From an uncultured Clostridia bacterium (lineage in GTDB: Bacteria > Bacillota > Clostridia > Oscillospirales > Acutalibacteraceae): a DNA stretch of 64,000 nucleotides. How positions within the stretch are numbered: the stretch's first letter is position 1; each line of letters starts with the position of its first letter. Below the pieces are notes generated by a model. The model saw only the letters and a list, made by a program, of their open reading frames with translations. It was not told the origin of the DNA and did not search any database. Below are positions 10,521-19,431 of the stretch, piece after piece. The stretch spans positions 439 through 64,438 of the forward strand of contig CANPXK010000002.1 in assembly GCA_947585965.1 (NCBI GenBank), written 5' to 3'. The translations under genes and the position numbers were made by a program.

Positions 10521-10660
10521 TAAATTTACGGTCGGGTCGTGAATTAGCGGTTCCCGATAAAATAATTATTGATTAACAGCGGAGACACTTCCGCCGAATT
10601 GATATTGGGGTGTTTTCGTTGGATTGACAACGGAGGCACCCCGCTGAATTGTTAGCGAGG
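10521..10660 (+). repeat. Intergenic modular repeat: two to three ~48-nt sub-repeats, each ending in a GC-rich hairpin. Apparently related to the 3' end and junction of the 47.3-47.8 kb tandem unit.
   Basis: By-eye colinear blocks: TAAATTTACGGTCGGG here vs TAAATTAACGGTCGAG at 47.75 kb; GTGAATTAGCGG vs GTGAATTGGTTACGG; GGATTGACAACGGAGGCAC vs GGATTGACAGTGCCGGCAC. Internally, TTGATTAACAGCGGAGACACTTCCGCCGAATTG is followed by TTGGATTGACAACGGAGGCACCCCGCTGAATTG. Confidence 0.5.
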
Positions 10661-10690
10661 TGTGCTGCAAGGTATGGAGATGAAACGATA

Positions 10691-11192
10691 ATGGAGAAAA
10701 TTTTTAAAACCATTGATTATAAGAAACTATATAATAATTGTGTGTATTCTTCTGTTGTCCATGCCGTTATGGTAGGAAAATATCCTATTTTGCGTAGTGA
10801 GCAGTCGTGGGATCTGAGCAATTACTGCTTTCAGAATCTGTGCGGTGGGCGTGGGACTATTTCATTTGAAAACGGTTATTACTTCCGCATTTTGGGGTAG
10901 TGATGACAGTATTTTCTCCAACCTTACCGAGGAAGATTTGCTCTCCGACTGCAAAGAAATGTTGGAGCCCCTTTTTATGGGTGGCGAGGACTTGGAGGAA
11001 TATTGTAAGGAACAATATGAAGAAATGACTGACGAAGAAATGCCTGTTGTAAATGATATACTGGTTCTGAGAAAATCTGTGGGTGTTACGGTACTGCCGG
11101 ACAATATAAAAAATCGTTTATCCGACTGCTTTGAGGATATCAGTGAATGTATTGAATCGCTGAATGAGATGGATATTGTTTTTGAAAGCTGA
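10691..11192 (+). pseudogene. Hypothetical acidic protein with an interrupted reading frame (two overlapping ORFs, 10691-10900 and 10845-11192)
   Basis: ORF A (MEKIFKTIDYKK...ISFENGYYFRILG*) has a GGAGA RBS. ORF B continues in the +1 frame (..SAFWGSDDSIFSNLTEEDLL...) and has no RBS of its own. The overlap contains a TTTTGGGG homopolymer pair at ~10889-10896. Confidence 0.45.
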
Positions 11193-11302
11193 TCTTATTT
11201 TTTTGTAAAATATCTTTGAAACAAAGATGTTGATATTCATTTAATGTAGAATATATCCGAGAATTAATAACAACAAATTGTTATGATATCAGATATAAAA
11301 AC

Positions 11303-11347
11303 AAAGGCTGTCATATTAAGGATTTTTGACTTAATATGACAGCCTTT
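11303..11347. terminator. Bidirectional hairpin terminator between the acidic ORF and cysK
   Basis: A perfect 18-bp stem AAAGGCTGTCATATTAAG pairs with CTTAATATGACAGCCTTT around a 10-nt loop. A/T runs flank both sides. Confidence 0.8.
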
Positions 11348-11361
11348 ATTATATTTGAATG

Positions 11362-12291
11362 TTATGCAAACAGCTCGGTTGAAAGATATCTGTCGCCTGT
11401 GTCGGGAAGAATTACAACAATGTGTTTCCCGTTGTTTTCGGGACGCTTGGAAAGCTCAAGCGCAGCGTAAAGAGCAGCACCGCTCGATATTCCTACAAGT
11501 ATTCCTTCACTATGTGCAAATGATCTTCCATATGTGAATGAATCCTCGTTGCTTACGGCGATAACCTCATCATAAATTTTTGTATCAAGTGTTTCGGGAA
11601 CAAAACCCGCACCTATGCCCTGAATCTTATGCTTTCCTGCTTTTCCCTGTGAGAGTACAGGGGAGGTGGCAGGCTCAACGGCTACAACCTTTATGTTCGG
11701 ATTTTTCTCTTTGAGATATTTTCCGGCGCCTGAAACGGTTCCTCCCGTGCCTACACCGGCTACTAAAATATCAACCTCTCCGTCCGTGTCCTCCCATATT
11801 TCGGGACCTGTCGTTTCATAATGTGTCTGAGGATTGGCAGGATTTACAAACTGTCCGAGAATTACAGAACCCTCAATCTGTGCTTTTAACTCGTCTGCTT
11901 TTTCTATTGCACCTTTCATGCCTTTTGCACCCTCTGTAAGGACAATTTCGGCACCGTATGCCTTGAGGAGATTTCTGCGTTCGATGCTCATGGTTTCGGG
12001 CATTGTGAGTATGGCTTTGTATCCGCTTGCCGCTGCGGCCGCCGCAAGTCCTATACCTGTATTTCCGCTCGTAGGCTCAATTATGGTTGCACCCGGCTTG
12101 AGTATACCCTTAGCCTCCGCATCGGCAATCATGCTTTTTGCTATTCTGTCTTTAATCGAGCCTGCCGGATTGAAATATTCAAGCTTTACTATAATATCTG
12201 CCTTTGCTCCGTTTGCCTTGGAAAAATTATCCGCACGAAGTAAGGGTGTTCTTCCGACCAGCTCTGTCATACTCTTATAAATTCTTGACAT
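11362..12291 (-). CDS. cysK: Cysteine synthase A (O-acetylserine sulfhydrylase)
   Basis: PLP-Lys motif NPAGSIKDR is present, plus TSGNTGIGLA and GVGTGGTVSG. An AAGGAG RBS precedes the start. Confidence 0.93.
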   Translation of the reverse strand: MSRIYKSMTELVGRTPLLRADNFSKANGAKADIIVKLEYFNPAGSIKDRIAKSMIADAEAKGILKPGATIIEPTSGNTGIGLAAAAAASGYKAILTMPETMSIERRNLLKAYGAEIVLTEGAKGMKGAIEKADELKAQIEGSVILGQFVNPANPQTHYETTGPEIWEDTDGEVDILVAGVGTGGTVSGAGKYLKEKNPNIKVVAVEPATSPVLSQGKAGKHKIQGIGAGFVPETLDTKIYDEVIAVSNEDSFTYGRSFAHSEGILVGISSGAALYAALELSKRPENNGKHIVVILPDTGDRYLSTELFA

Positions 12292-12400
12292 AATAATACA
12301 ACTCCTTTTGATTTTGCAGCATTTATATAATTACTGCCTGTTTTTACGGTATTGCATGGAATCAAAACATAGTAAACATATAGGCTTTTGGTTTATTAAT

Positions 12401-12429
12401 ACTATAACACCATATATTTCATTTGTCAA
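12401..12429 (-). promoter_or_regulatory. Sigma-A-type promoter for cysK
   Basis: On the minus strand, TTGACA (12429-12424) is followed by a 17-nt spacer and TATAGT (12406-12401). Confidence 0.6.
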
Positions 12430-12452
12430 GAGGAATTTAAGTAAAATAAATA

Positions 12453-13001
12453 TTAAATAAAGGTGATTGCAGATGAGCTTTCAAAAAGCGGAGCGGACGG
12501 CGGATACAGAGTAAAACCTATAAAAAGTATCGTAATTCCTGCTATTAGCAGAAGTGCGGAAAGAGTACGTGATATTCCGGTTTTTGTTTTTCTGCCGATA
12601 GACGCGGTGCTTATACGGAATGAAAGATATACTGCTGTAAAAAACAGAAGTATATCCGCAAGGAAAAAATTATTTCCGAGTATGGCGGTATATGTGTAAA
12701 AGCCTGCCGGTATGAAAATAAGACCGGCAAGAAGTCCTTTTATTCTTGAAAACAGAAAGCCGTTTATATGCCTGCCGTAAATAAAAAATTCCGTAATTGT
12801 ATATAATATATATGGGAAAAACAGAAGCTTAAGATGCTCCCATGTACTTTCATTAATCGGAGTGACCATCCCCACTATGGGATTGCAGCCGCTGAGTTTA
12901 TATAGGAAATGATTTATGCAGCCTATTATTCCGACAACAAAAAATCCGACTTTACCGGCAAAAATATAGTTATTCGATTTATTATTCAAATAATACACCA
13001 C
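12453..13001 (-). CDS. Hypothetical integral membrane protein
   Basis: The 182-aa ORF has ~5-6 hydrophobic helices and a WEHLKLLFFP motif. That motif reminds me of a DUF-type membrane family, but I cannot verify it. The start is GTG and is uncertain. Confidence 0.6.
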   Translation of the reverse strand: MVYYLNNKSNNYIFAGKVGFFVVGIIGCINHFLYKLSGCNPIVGMVTPINESTWEHLKLLFFPYILYTITEFFIYGRHINGFLFSRIKGLLAGLIFIPAGFYTYTAILGNNFFLADILLFFTAVYLSFRISTASIGRKTKTGISRTLSALLLIAGITILFIGFTLYPPSAPLFESSSAITFI

Positions 13002-13082
13002 CTTAAGATCATCCTGATTATTCTATGCGGCGAATCGACAAAAAATATCCTATAAAAAAATTTCGTTAAATAAAAAAATAAC

Positions 13083-13111
13083 TTGACATATACCCGTGGG
13101 GGGTATATAAT
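13083..13111 (+). promoter_or_regulatory. csoR-copA promoter with an embedded CsoR-type operator
   Basis: TTGACA (13083-13088), a 17-nt spacer, then TATAAT (13106-13111). The spacer holds the inverted repeat TATACCC-GTGGG-GGGTATA (13089-13107), which matches the GC-core palindrome known for Firmicute CsoR operators. Confidence 0.75.
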
Positions 13112-13156
13112 TAATGCAAGGAACATAGAATGATGTTGTATCGGAGGTGTATTGAG

Positions 13157-13483
13157 ATGGATGATAATACCGGAAAAAAGGAGCAGTGCGAAGCCTGTAT
13201 GTGCAGATATAAAGCCACACCCCGAACCGAGGACGAAACGGCTGCACTTAAAAAGAGGATTAACAGGATAATCGGACAACTCGGCGGTATAGGAAATATG
13301 ATAGATGATAACAGATATTGCGGCGATATACTTATTCAGATATCGGCAGTGGAAAAGGCATTGCAGTCTCTCGGCTGTATGATAATGAAAAACCATCTTG
13401 AAACCTGTGTGACGGAGCAGATAAAAAACGGTAATGAGGAAATTATGGACGAGGTTATGGAGTTATTCAAAAGGCTTTCATGA
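13157..13483 (+). CDS. csoR: CsoR family copper-sensing transcriptional repressor
   Basis: RINRIIGQLGGIGNMI and the C-H-C ligand pattern (RYCGDIL ... KNHLETC) are present. A GGAGGTG RBS precedes the ATG at 13157. Confidence 0.88.
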   Translation: MDDNTGKKEQCEACMCRYKATPRTEDETAALKKRINRIIGQLGGIGNMIDDNRYCGDILIQISAVEKALQSLGCMIMKNHLETCVTEQIKNGNEEIMDEVMELFKRLS

Positions 13484-13498
13484 GGGTGGTGATAAAAT

Positions 13499-16027
13499 AT
13501 GAAACAGAAATTTGATATTACGGGAATGACCTGTGCCGCTTGCAGTGCGAGAGTGGAAAAATGTGTATCTGCTGTTGCAGGTGTGAAAAATGTTACTGTG
13601 AATCTCCTTAAAAACAGTATGTCTGTTGAATATGATGAAAAAAACGTTGGTGCGGAGGATATTATCTCTGCCGTGGAAAACGGCGGATATGGAGCAGCCG
13701 TAAGCGGAGGAAATAATGCGGTTAAATCCAAGACAGGAGAAAATGCCGCAGGCAATGCCGAAAAAGAGCAGGCTAAAATGCTCAGGAGGCTTATAATATC
13801 CGTTGTGTTTGCTGTTGTTTTATCCTATATTGCAATGGGGCATATGTTTAATCTGCCGCTTCCGCCATTTTTTCTGGGACATCAAAATATGGGTATATTT
13901 GCCCTGACACAGCTCCTGCTTACTCTGCCGATAATGGCTGTAAATTATAAATATTACCAAAACGGCTTCAGATCCCTTCTGCACGGTTCTCCGAATATGG
14001 ATACACTTATTGCTGTCGGTTCGGGAGCATCTTTTATCTATGGTATTTATGCATTATACGGTATAATGTATGGCTATTCGATAAATGATCTTTCGGTTGT
14101 TCATAGCTTCGGAGAAAATATGTACTTTGAAACCGTCGGAATGATACTTGCACTTATAACCCTCGGAAAATATTTTGAATCAAGGGCAAAAAGGAAAACA
14201 ACGGATGCAATTATGGGTCTTATGGATATGTCACCAAAGACAGCAATTGTTGTCCGTGATGGCAGGGAATTTGAAATTTCCGCGGATAAGATACGGATCG
14301 GCGATATACTGTCAGTGAAGGCGGGAAGTACAATACCGGCAGACGGCACCATAATAGAGGGAAATGCGGCTGTTGACGAGTCAAGCCTTACGGGTGAAAG
14401 CATACCTGTTGAAAAAAAGGTCGGTGACAGTGTTATAGGTGCAACGGTCAGCAAATCGGGATATTTTAAGATGAAAGCGGAAAAGGTCGGTTCGGATACG
14501 GCTCTTTCACAAATTATACGCCTTGTTGATGAAGCAACCTCATCAAAGGCGCCGATAGCAAAGCTTGCCGATAAGGTCGCAGGAATATTTGTGCCGGTTG
14601 TTATGATTATATCTGTTGTGACGGCGATAGTATGGCTTTTGCTCGGCTTTGGCATTTCTCATGCATTTACTGCGGCGGTTTCGGTGCTTGTTATATCATG
14701 TCCCTGTGCACTCGGTCTTGCAACACCTACTGCTATAATGGTGGGTACGGGCAGGGGTACTGCCGGGGGTATACTGATAAAATCTGCGGAGGCTCTGGAG
14801 CTTGCACATAATACCGATACCGTGGTTCTTGATAAGACGGGAACAGTAACTCAGGGAAAACCCGATGTTACGGATATAATCCCTTTGGGAGGAACGGATA
14901 GAGGATTTCTTCTGAAATGTGCGTATTCACTTGAAAGACTTTCCGAACATCCGCTTGCCGAGGCAATTGTCCGCCGTGCGGAAAAGGAAAATGTCGGATA
15001 TTTTGAAATTTCCGATTTTAAGCAGACACAGGGAAGGGGAATTTCGGGAAAATCAGACGGAAAGCTTTACAGTGCTGTAAATTATGCGGCGGCGAAAAGT
15101 CTTATTGACGAAAAAATTTCTGTTACGGTTCAAGGTCTTGCGGATGAGGGAAAAACTCCGATGTTCTTTATGTGTGATAACAGACCCATAGGTATAATAG
15201 CTGCCGCTGATAGAATCAAGCCTACAAGCTCCGAGGCTGTCGGAGAGCTTAAGAAAATGGGAATAGATGTAATTATGCTCACAGGTGATAATAGGCGTAC
15301 CGCTCAGGCAGTGGGAAAATCCGTGGGAATTGAGCATATTGTGTCGGAGCTTTATCCGGGCGATAAGGAAAAAGAAGTTGCGAAACTTATTGACGGCGGC
15401 AAATGTGTCGCTATGGTTGGTGACGGCATAAATGATGCCCCTGCACTTGCGAGGGCAAATATAGGAATTGCAATTGGCGCAGGCACCGATATAGCTATGG
15501 AATCCTCCGATATAGTTCTTATGAAGAGTGACCTGTATGATGTTGTCAATACAATACGGCTGAGTCGTGCGGTTATGCGGAATATAAAGCAGAATCTGTT
15601 CTGGGCATTCTTTTATAATGTGATAGGCATACCGATAGCCGCAGGTGTATTTTACGGTTTGGGATTAATGCTTAATCCGATGATAGGTGCTGCCGCGATG
15701 AGTCTGAGTTCGGTATGTGTTGTTTCCAATGCACTGAGACTGCGGCACTTCAAAATGAAAAAGCCGGTCGGTATTGAAAATAATGCTGAGGATAAAAAGG
15801 AGGTGAAAATTATGGAAAATACAGCAACTCTTGCGGTCGAGGGAATGATGTGTATGCATTGCGTTTCTCACGTAAAGGAAGCACTTGAAAAGATTGACGG
15901 TGTATCAGGAGCAGAGGTTGATCTTGACAAAAAGACAGCGGTTGTTACGCTGAACGGTGACGTTCCTGCAGAAACTCTTATTGCTGCGGTTGAGGGTGCA
16001 GGATATAAGGCAAAGACGATTGAATAA
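13499..16027 (+). CDS. copA: Copper-translocating P1B-type ATPase
   Basis: There is an N-terminal HMA domain (GMTCAACSARVE) and a C-terminal HMA domain (MCMHCVSHVKE). CPC (SCPCALGLATP), DKTGT and GDGINDAP motifs are all present. Confidence 0.95.
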   Translation: MKQKFDITGMTCAACSARVEKCVSAVAGVKNVTVNLLKNSMSVEYDEKNVGAEDIISAVENGGYGAAVSGGNNAVKSKTGENAAGNAEKEQAKMLRRLIISVVFAVVLSYIAMGHMFNLPLPPFFLGHQNMGIFALTQLLLTLPIMAVNYKYYQNGFRSLLHGSPNMDTLIAVGSGASFIYGIYALYGIMYGYSINDLSVVHSFGENMYFETVGMILALITLGKYFESRAKRKTTDAIMGLMDMSPKTAIVVRDGREFEISADKIRIGDILSVKAGSTIPADGTIIEGNAAVDESSLTGESIPVEKKVGDSVIGATVSKSGYFKMKAEKVGSDTALSQIIRLVDEATSSKAPIAKLADKVAGIFVPVVMIISVVTAIVWLLLGFGISHAFTAAVSVLVISCPCALGLATPTAIMVGTGRGTAGGILIKSAEALELAHNTDTVVLDKTGTVTQGKPDVTDIIPLGGTDRGFLLKCAYSLERLSEHPLAEAIVRRAEKENVGYFEISDFKQTQGRGISGKSDGKLYSAVNYAAAKSLIDEKISVTVQGLADEGKTPMFFMCDNRPIGIIAAADRIKPTSSEAVGELKKMGIDVIMLTGDNRRTAQAVGKSVGIEHIVSELYPGDKEKEVAKLIDGGKCVAMVGDGINDAPALARANIGIAIGAGTDIAMESSDIVLMKSDLYDVVNTIRLSRAVMRNIKQNLFWAFFYNVIGIPIAAGVFYGLGLMLNPMIGAAAMSLSSVCVVSNALRLRHFKMKKPVGIENNAEDKKEVKIMENTATLAVEGMMCMHCVSHVKEALEKIDGVSGAEVDLDKKTAVVTLNGDVPAETLIAAVEGAGYKAKTIE

Positions 16028-16036
16028 TTTCCTTCA

Positions 16037-16079
16037 GAGGCTTGTGGCAACGGATATGTCGTCACAGGCTTCTTTTTTT
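16037..16079 (+). terminator. Rho-independent terminator after copA
   Basis: A 12-bp stem (three G-U pairs) GAGGCTTGTGGC pairs with GTCACAGGCTTC and is followed by T7. Confidence 0.7.
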
Positions 16080-16100
16080 GGTTTGGTGAAAAAATTGTAA

Positions 16101-16129
16101 TTGACAGACAGCCATTGTTGTCATATAAT
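16101..16129 (+). promoter_or_regulatory. Consensus sigma-A promoter for the CotH-like gene
   Basis: TTGACA (16101-16106), a 17-nt spacer, then TATAAT (16124-16129). Confidence 0.7.
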
Positions 16130-16181
16130 CGAGGTGTGGGTATATCGGTATATATTAAAAACGAAAGAAGGCGTAACAGTT

Positions 16182-18113
16182 ATGAAAAAGAAATTATCAA
16201 TTATACTTTCGGTTATACTGGCAGTTGTTTCCGTTTCAGCCTGCGGCGGTTCGGGTTCTTCAACTGCAAATGGAACACAGGATGATCAGAGCAGTATAAG
16301 TTCGTCCGCACAAGAGCAGGCGGACGGGTCGGTGGTTGACGATAATACAGAATCAGAACAAAGCAAAGTTTCCGAGTCAACGGATGGAAAGTCCGAAGCC
16401 GAAAGCTCCGCCTCATCCAAGAGTGGAGACTCAGGCAGCAGCGGTACGGCGGACAATTCAAAGGATAATTCCGCATCGTCCACGGTTCAGAACTCTGCAC
16501 AGGGCAGCGTAACAGGACAGACAAGTAAGACTCCGCAGAACAGTGCAACAGAACAGGGCGGAGGAGTTACAGACAATACCGGCGGCACAGGAAACGGCGG
16601 CAATTCCGTCAGCACTGGCAATACCGGCAGTACAGGAAATGACGGCAGTAATCAAAGTACCGGTGGAAGCACTGGCAATACCGGCAGCACCGGCAATTCC
16701 GGCAGTACAGGAAACGGCGGCAGTAATCAAAGTACCGGCAACACCGGCGGTTCGGGTACAAATGTAGGTGACCAGTCTGTATATGAACAGCTTTTCAGCC
16801 TTGACAGTAAGGTGACAATTGAAATAACGATGTCCAAAAGTGAAATGGACAAGATGGATAAAGACTATTACAAATATCAGAGTAAGGGTACAAAATCCCC
16901 CATTTACAGAAAGGCAACAGTTGTTATCACAGTCGGTGGAAAAAGCTATACGATAGATGAGGTAGGAATACGCGCAAAGGGCAATCTTTCTGTTCTGCCT
17001 GTTTATGATGATTCTGGAGAGCTGAATCTTTCGCATTATAAATTAAGCTTTAACGAAACCTTTGATGATAAGGATTATTACGGAAGTGATGCCAAGGTAT
17101 GGAAAAGCACTGCCGAGAGAAAGGAAAGAAAAAACAGACGTTTTGCTACATTGAAAAAGCTCGACGTCAAATGGAACAGAAATTATGACGATACCTATAT
17201 AAGGGAAATTTATGCTGCGGAAATGTTCAGACAGAGCGGGGTTATGGCACAGAAAATCGGACTTTCACAGCTTAAGTTCAATAACAATAACTATGGAGTT
17301 ATGACTATATATGAGCCGATAGATGAGATCTTCCTTGAACGTAATTTGCCGGAGTCCGCTCTCGGAGGAGATCTTTATAAGGTGGGTTGGACATATTCAC
17401 CGGCAAATTATGTGGAAAATCAGGTATCAATAGGTATAACGGACGAGGATAAGGGAGCAAAATATAATTTTGATCTTAAGACAAATGAAAAAACATCCAA
17501 GAACGAAAAGCTTAAGAATTTCCTCAAGGTTATAAATTCAAATCCGACACAATCACAGCTTGAGGCTGTGCTCGATACGGATTATTTTGCAAAATTCCTT
17601 GCGGCATATTATTTTGCGGGAGATCCCGATGACATAAGGAATAATTACAATAACCACTATATCTACTTCAGAAAGGACAACGGAAAGGCGGTATTTATAC
17701 CATATGATAATGACCGCACACTCGGGGTTACAATGGGATATAATCCTGACGGAACGGGAATGACAGGTCAGTCACCCTATTCCAATCGTGCGGCGGGTGC
17801 AAATCAGATTCAGGCAAATCCGCTGATAAAGCTTGCCATTGAGGACGGAAACTTCCTCAATACCAAATACACATCGGCACTTAAAAAGGTTGCGGGACTG
17901 TCATTGTGGAATAATTCACAATTTGAGGCACAGTATAATAAGGCAAAGAAAAATTATCAGAGCTTTGTCAAGCCAAGCATAAGCTTTGCAAATGCAGATA
18001 ATAATTTTAAATTCAGTCTTGACGGAGAATATCCTTCCGGGGAGGAGTCCAATATGTCTTTTTCTGATTTTGTTACAAGAATAATGAAGACCTATAAGAC
18101 CTATGTAAAATAA
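16182..18113 (+). CDS. CotH-like (atypical kinase fold) lipoprotein with a long S/T/G/N-rich linker
   Basis: The lipobox is LAVVSVSAC at the ATG-16182 start. About 190 aa of low-complexity linker follow. The C-terminal ~430 aa resemble the CotH family by recall (YKLSFNETFDD, KLDVKWNRNYDDTYIREIYAAEMF, YFAGDPDDIRNNYNNHYIY). Confidence 0.6.
   Translation: MKKKLSIILSVILAVVSVSACGGSGSSTANGTQDDQSSISSSAQEQADGSVVDDNTESEQSKVSESTDGKSEAESSASSKSGDSGSSGTADNSKDNSASSTVQNSAQGSVTGQTSKTPQNSATEQGGGVTDNTGGTGNGGNSVSTGNTGSTGNDGSNQSTGGSTGNTGSTGNSGSTGNGGSNQSTGNTGGSGTNVGDQSVYEQLFSLDSKVTIEITMSKSEMDKMDKDYYKYQSKGTKSPIYRKATVVITVGGKSYTIDEVGIRAKGNLSVLPVYDDSGELNLSHYKLSFNETFDDKDYYGSDAKVWKSTAERKERKNRRFATLKKLDVKWNRNYDDTYIREIYAAEMFRQSGVMAQKIGLSQLKFNNNNYGVMTIYEPIDEIFLERNLPESALGGDLYKVGWTYSPANYVENQVSIGITDEDKGAKYNFDLKTNEKTSKNEKLKNFLKVINSNPTQSQLEAVLDTDYFAKFLAAYYFAGDPDDIRNNYNNHYIYFRKDNGKAVFIPYDNDRTLGVTMGYNPDGTGMTGQSPYSNRAAGANQIQANPLIKLAIEDGNFLNTKYTSALKKVAGLSLWNNSQFEAQYNKAKKNYQSFVKPSISFANADNNFKFSLDGEYPSGEESNMSFSDFVTRIMKTYKTYVK
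16560..16765 (+). repeat. In-frame imperfect tandem repeats encoding (S/G)TGN(T/S/G)G units
   Basis: GGCAATACCGGCAG recurs at 16617 and 16674. GGCAGTAATCAAAGTACCGG recurs at 16644 and 16719. Confidence 0.8.
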
Positions 18114-18128
18114 GTATTATAAGCATTT

Positions 18129-18176
18129 CAGACAGCCTCCTGCACTTTTGCCCGGAAGTGCAGGGGGTCTGTTTTT
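18129..18176 (+). terminator. Rho-independent terminator after the CotH-like gene
   Basis: A long GC-rich stem (CAGAC..CCTCCTGCACTT / AAGTGCAGGGGG..GTCTG) is followed by T5. Confidence 0.75.
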
Positions 18177-18269
18177 CATATACGGTTGATATTAATTTGC
18201 CAAAGCATACAGATATTTTCGGTATTTTTGCTTTTGTGTTGTTATGATACCGAAAATAACCGGGATTGA

Positions 18270-18298
18270 TTGACAAAGTGCTTTTTTGAAATTATAAT
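18270..18298 (+). promoter_or_regulatory. Consensus sigma-A promoter for the glycopolymer operon
   Basis: TTGACA (18270-18275), a 17-nt spacer, then TATAAT (18293-18298). Confidence 0.7.
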
Positions 18299-18332
18299 AT
18301 TACTTAACTATGGTGTATAGGACTGTGTATTT

Positions 18333-19415
18333 ATGACGGTTTCGTTATGTATTATAGCATATAACGAGGAAAAAGCCCTGCCGGGTCTGTTGAATGATGT
18401 GATTTCACAGACCTATCCTAAGAGTGAAACGGAAATAGTGCTTGTTGACAGCGGCTCGGGGGATAATACAAAAAATATATTTTCAAAATTTGCAGGAGAT
18501 AATAAAAACGCTTATATGAATATATCCGTGCTTAATAATCCGAAAAGGTCACAGGCGGCAGGCTGGAATACAGCTATAAAGAATGCCTTGGGTGATATTA
18601 TTATAAGAGTTGACGCTCATGCATCAGTACCACGGGATTTTATAGAGAAGAATGTAGGGGTTATTGCCGGGGGAGAATATGTTTGCGGCGGTGCAAGACC
18701 TTGCAATATTTTGGAACCTACACCATATAAGGAAACACTCCTTCTTGCCGAAAATTCAATGTTCGGGAGCTCCTTTGCAGGCTATCGCAGAAAGGGAGAG
18801 GGAAAACGATATGTTTCCTCACTTTTCCACGGAGCGTACAGGCGGGAGGTTTTTGCAAATGTCGGCGGCTTTAACGAGAACCTCGGCCGCACGGAGGATA
18901 ATGAGTTTCATTGGAGGATAAGGCAGAACGGATATAAGATATGTCAGAGTGATGAAATAATATCATATCAGAATATAAGACCAACACTTTCGGGAATGCT
19001 CAAGCAAAAATACGGAAACGGCAAATGGATAGGACTCACGCTGGGGGTATGCCCGAAGTGTCTTTCACTGTTCCATTTTGTGCCGTTTTGCTTTGTGGGA
19101 GCAATAATATTATGTCTTATATTGCTTGCGGCGGGAATTTTTACGGGTAATACACTTTTATATATTCCGGCTGTTGTACTCGGAGGATTATATTTTACAG
19201 TTGATGTTTTTATGACAATGGCGGCAATTATTGCATCCGAAAGAAAAAATGTATATATGCCGCTGCTTATATTTATATTTCCAATGCTTCATATTATATA
19301 TGGAATAGGGACTATTGTGGGAATAATTGAATTGCCGTTTTGGAAAAGAAGTCTTGACGGAGCGGCTGAAAAGGAAATTGAAGAGGTAAAAAAATGCGTG
19401 GCGGCTCGAAGCTGA
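18333..19415 (+). CDS. Family 2 glycosyltransferase with C-terminal TM helices
   Basis: The N-terminus has a GT-A pattern (VSLCIIAYNEEKALPGLL, VLVDSGSGDNT, RVDAH). The C-terminal ~110 aa are hydrophobic. Confidence 0.8.
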   Translation: MTVSLCIIAYNEEKALPGLLNDVISQTYPKSETEIVLVDSGSGDNTKNIFSKFAGDNKNAYMNISVLNNPKRSQAAGWNTAIKNALGDIIIRVDAHASVPRDFIEKNVGVIAGGEYVCGGARPCNILEPTPYKETLLLAENSMFGSSFAGYRRKGEGKRYVSSLFHGAYRREVFANVGGFNENLGRTEDNEFHWRIRQNGYKICQSDEIISYQNIRPTLSGMLKQKYGNGKWIGLTLGVCPKCLSLFHFVPFCFVGAIILCLILLAAGIFTGNTLLYIPAVVLGGLYFTVDVFMTMAAIIASERKNVYMPLLIFIFPMLHIIYGIGTIVGIIELPFWKRSLDGAAEKEIEEVKKCVAARS

Positions 19416-19431
19416 AAATGGAGGTAATGTT

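Noticed and set aside
13336-13755. A 139-aa minus-strand ORF spanning the csoR/copA junction
   Set aside because: It is antisense to two genes with strong family motifs, and is a Ser/Thr/Phe-rich shadow ORF.
16458-17036. ORFs on both strands across the STGN repeat region of the CotH-like gene
   Set aside because: They arise from low-complexity repeat DNA, which lacks stops in several frames. Only the + frame connects a lipobox to the CotH-like domain.
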